64,000 nucleotides of DNA from Rhynchobatus australiae (Eukaryota): positions 112,154,040 through 112,218,039 of the forward strand of contig JAUZTB010000064.1 of the NCBI GenBank assembly GCA_034780895.1, given 5' to 3'. Under the pieces are notes generated by a model. That model was not told the origin of the DNA. It did not search any database and saw only the letters and a list, made by a program, of their open reading frames with translations. The translations under genes were made by a program, and so were the position numbers. The stretch's first letter is position 1, and every line of letters starts with the position of its first letter. This document shows positions 63,136 through 64,000 of this stretch, in pieces.

Positions 63136-63679
63136 ATTTGGCTCTTGGCCTCATTCCAGCCTTAGACTAATCATGGATACAAGCACTGGGTTCCAAAAGT
63201 GGGGTGAGTGTGACTGCCCTTGACTTCAAGGCACCATGTGACCAAGAGCAGCATCAAGGAGTCCCAGTACAACTGAAGTAACTTGGTGTCAAGCAAAATA
63301 AAAACTTTCCACTCTTTGGGTCATACCGAGTAAAGAGGATTATGATTTTCGGGGGTTAATTACCTTAACCTCAGGACATTGGTACAATGGTTCCCAAAGG
63401 CAATCATTTTGGCCCAGTCATCTTCAGCTGTTCCATGAGAAGGCCAGAAATGCAGATGTTACTGAAGATTGCACCATTTCATTCCATTTGCAAGTATTTA
63501 GAATATGAATGTTCATGCTTGCATGCAGAAAGATCCAGTTATCATGCAGACATTGAATAATAAGTGGCAAGTAATATTTGCCATATAATTCCCACACAAT
63601 GACCATCCCCCCAAAAATGAGTTCAATCACTTCCTCTTGATGTTCAATAGTAAAAATACTACTGAATCCTGCATGCCAG

Positions 63680-64000
63680 GTCGGTCCAGAAGGTTAAGGC
63701 ACAAGGGATCTTAGGCAAGTTGGCAAGCTGGATAAAATTATGAGGGGCATAGATAGGATAGACTGTCAGAGTCTTTTTCCCAGGTCAGGTGAGTCCAGAA
63801 CCACAAGGCACAGGTTTAAGATGAGAGGGGAGGAATTTAAAGGGATATCTGAGGGGTAAGTTTTTGACATAGAGGGTGGTGGTTATCTGGAATGAGCTGC
63901 CAGAGGAGGTGGTGGAGGTGGATACAACTACAGCATTTAAAAGCATGTAAATGGGCCCAATGTAGGCAAATAGGATTAGCTTAGGTAGGCATCGTGGTCA
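63680..64000 (+). mobile_element. CR1 3' fragment
   Basis: aaaattatgaggggcatagatagg...tttaagatgagaggggaggaatttaaaggg...tggaatgagctgccagaggaggtggtggag. Confidence 0.85.

Larger units (their letters stand above)
59960..63670 (+). mobile_element. Fragmented second-lineage CR1-clade LINE with several nested insertions
   Basis: Endonuclease-end-like segment at 60260-60420 (catccttaccaaatc...catctgtccatgagaatattggtagggacaaccacc...gaggacactctccactgtgttatgtggcattat), gccagacaatatcctggctgtggctctgaag at ~60980, and RT-like gcccttgacttcaaggca and gttcccaaaggc...ttggccca at 63215-63420. Confidence 0.5.

Noticed and set aside
1-64000. Prokaryotic-type systems (CRISPR, operons, defence islands), rRNA or tRNA genes
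   Set aside because: None seen; the window is intron-rich vertebrate DNA.

Overview
Eukaryotic (vertebrate) genomic DNA, not prokaryotic. The repeat content (HE1-like V-SINEs, DeuSINE-like SINEs, CR1, Rex1/Babar, Penelope-derived repeats) points to a cartilaginous fish, probably a ray or shark; that is an inference. The whole window appears to lie within one minus-strand gene, TRPC3 (canonical TRP cation channel 3). Five consecutive coding exons were resolved with GT-AG boundaries and consistent phases: 43490-42713, 25798-25610, 23580-23416, 13508-13292 and 13195-12962, matching human exons 2-6 (ankyrin repeats to S3). Exon 1 and the exons after S3 were not found. The introns are filled with decayed mobile elements, and almost all other ORFs in the track are transposon debris or run through N gaps. 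I see no convincing new protein-coding system. The most interesting signals are structural: a ~1.4-kb head-to-head L1-type palindrome whose host-sense arm has lost its AATAAA; about a dozen Penelope-type cassettes, nine with degenerate minimal hammerhead-ribozyme motifs; a near-perfect ~175-bp inverted repeat; ~500-bp direct repeats; and a fossil two-gene Harbinger transposon. Repeat boundaries are approximate (tens of bp), and family names come from motif recognition, not database searches.
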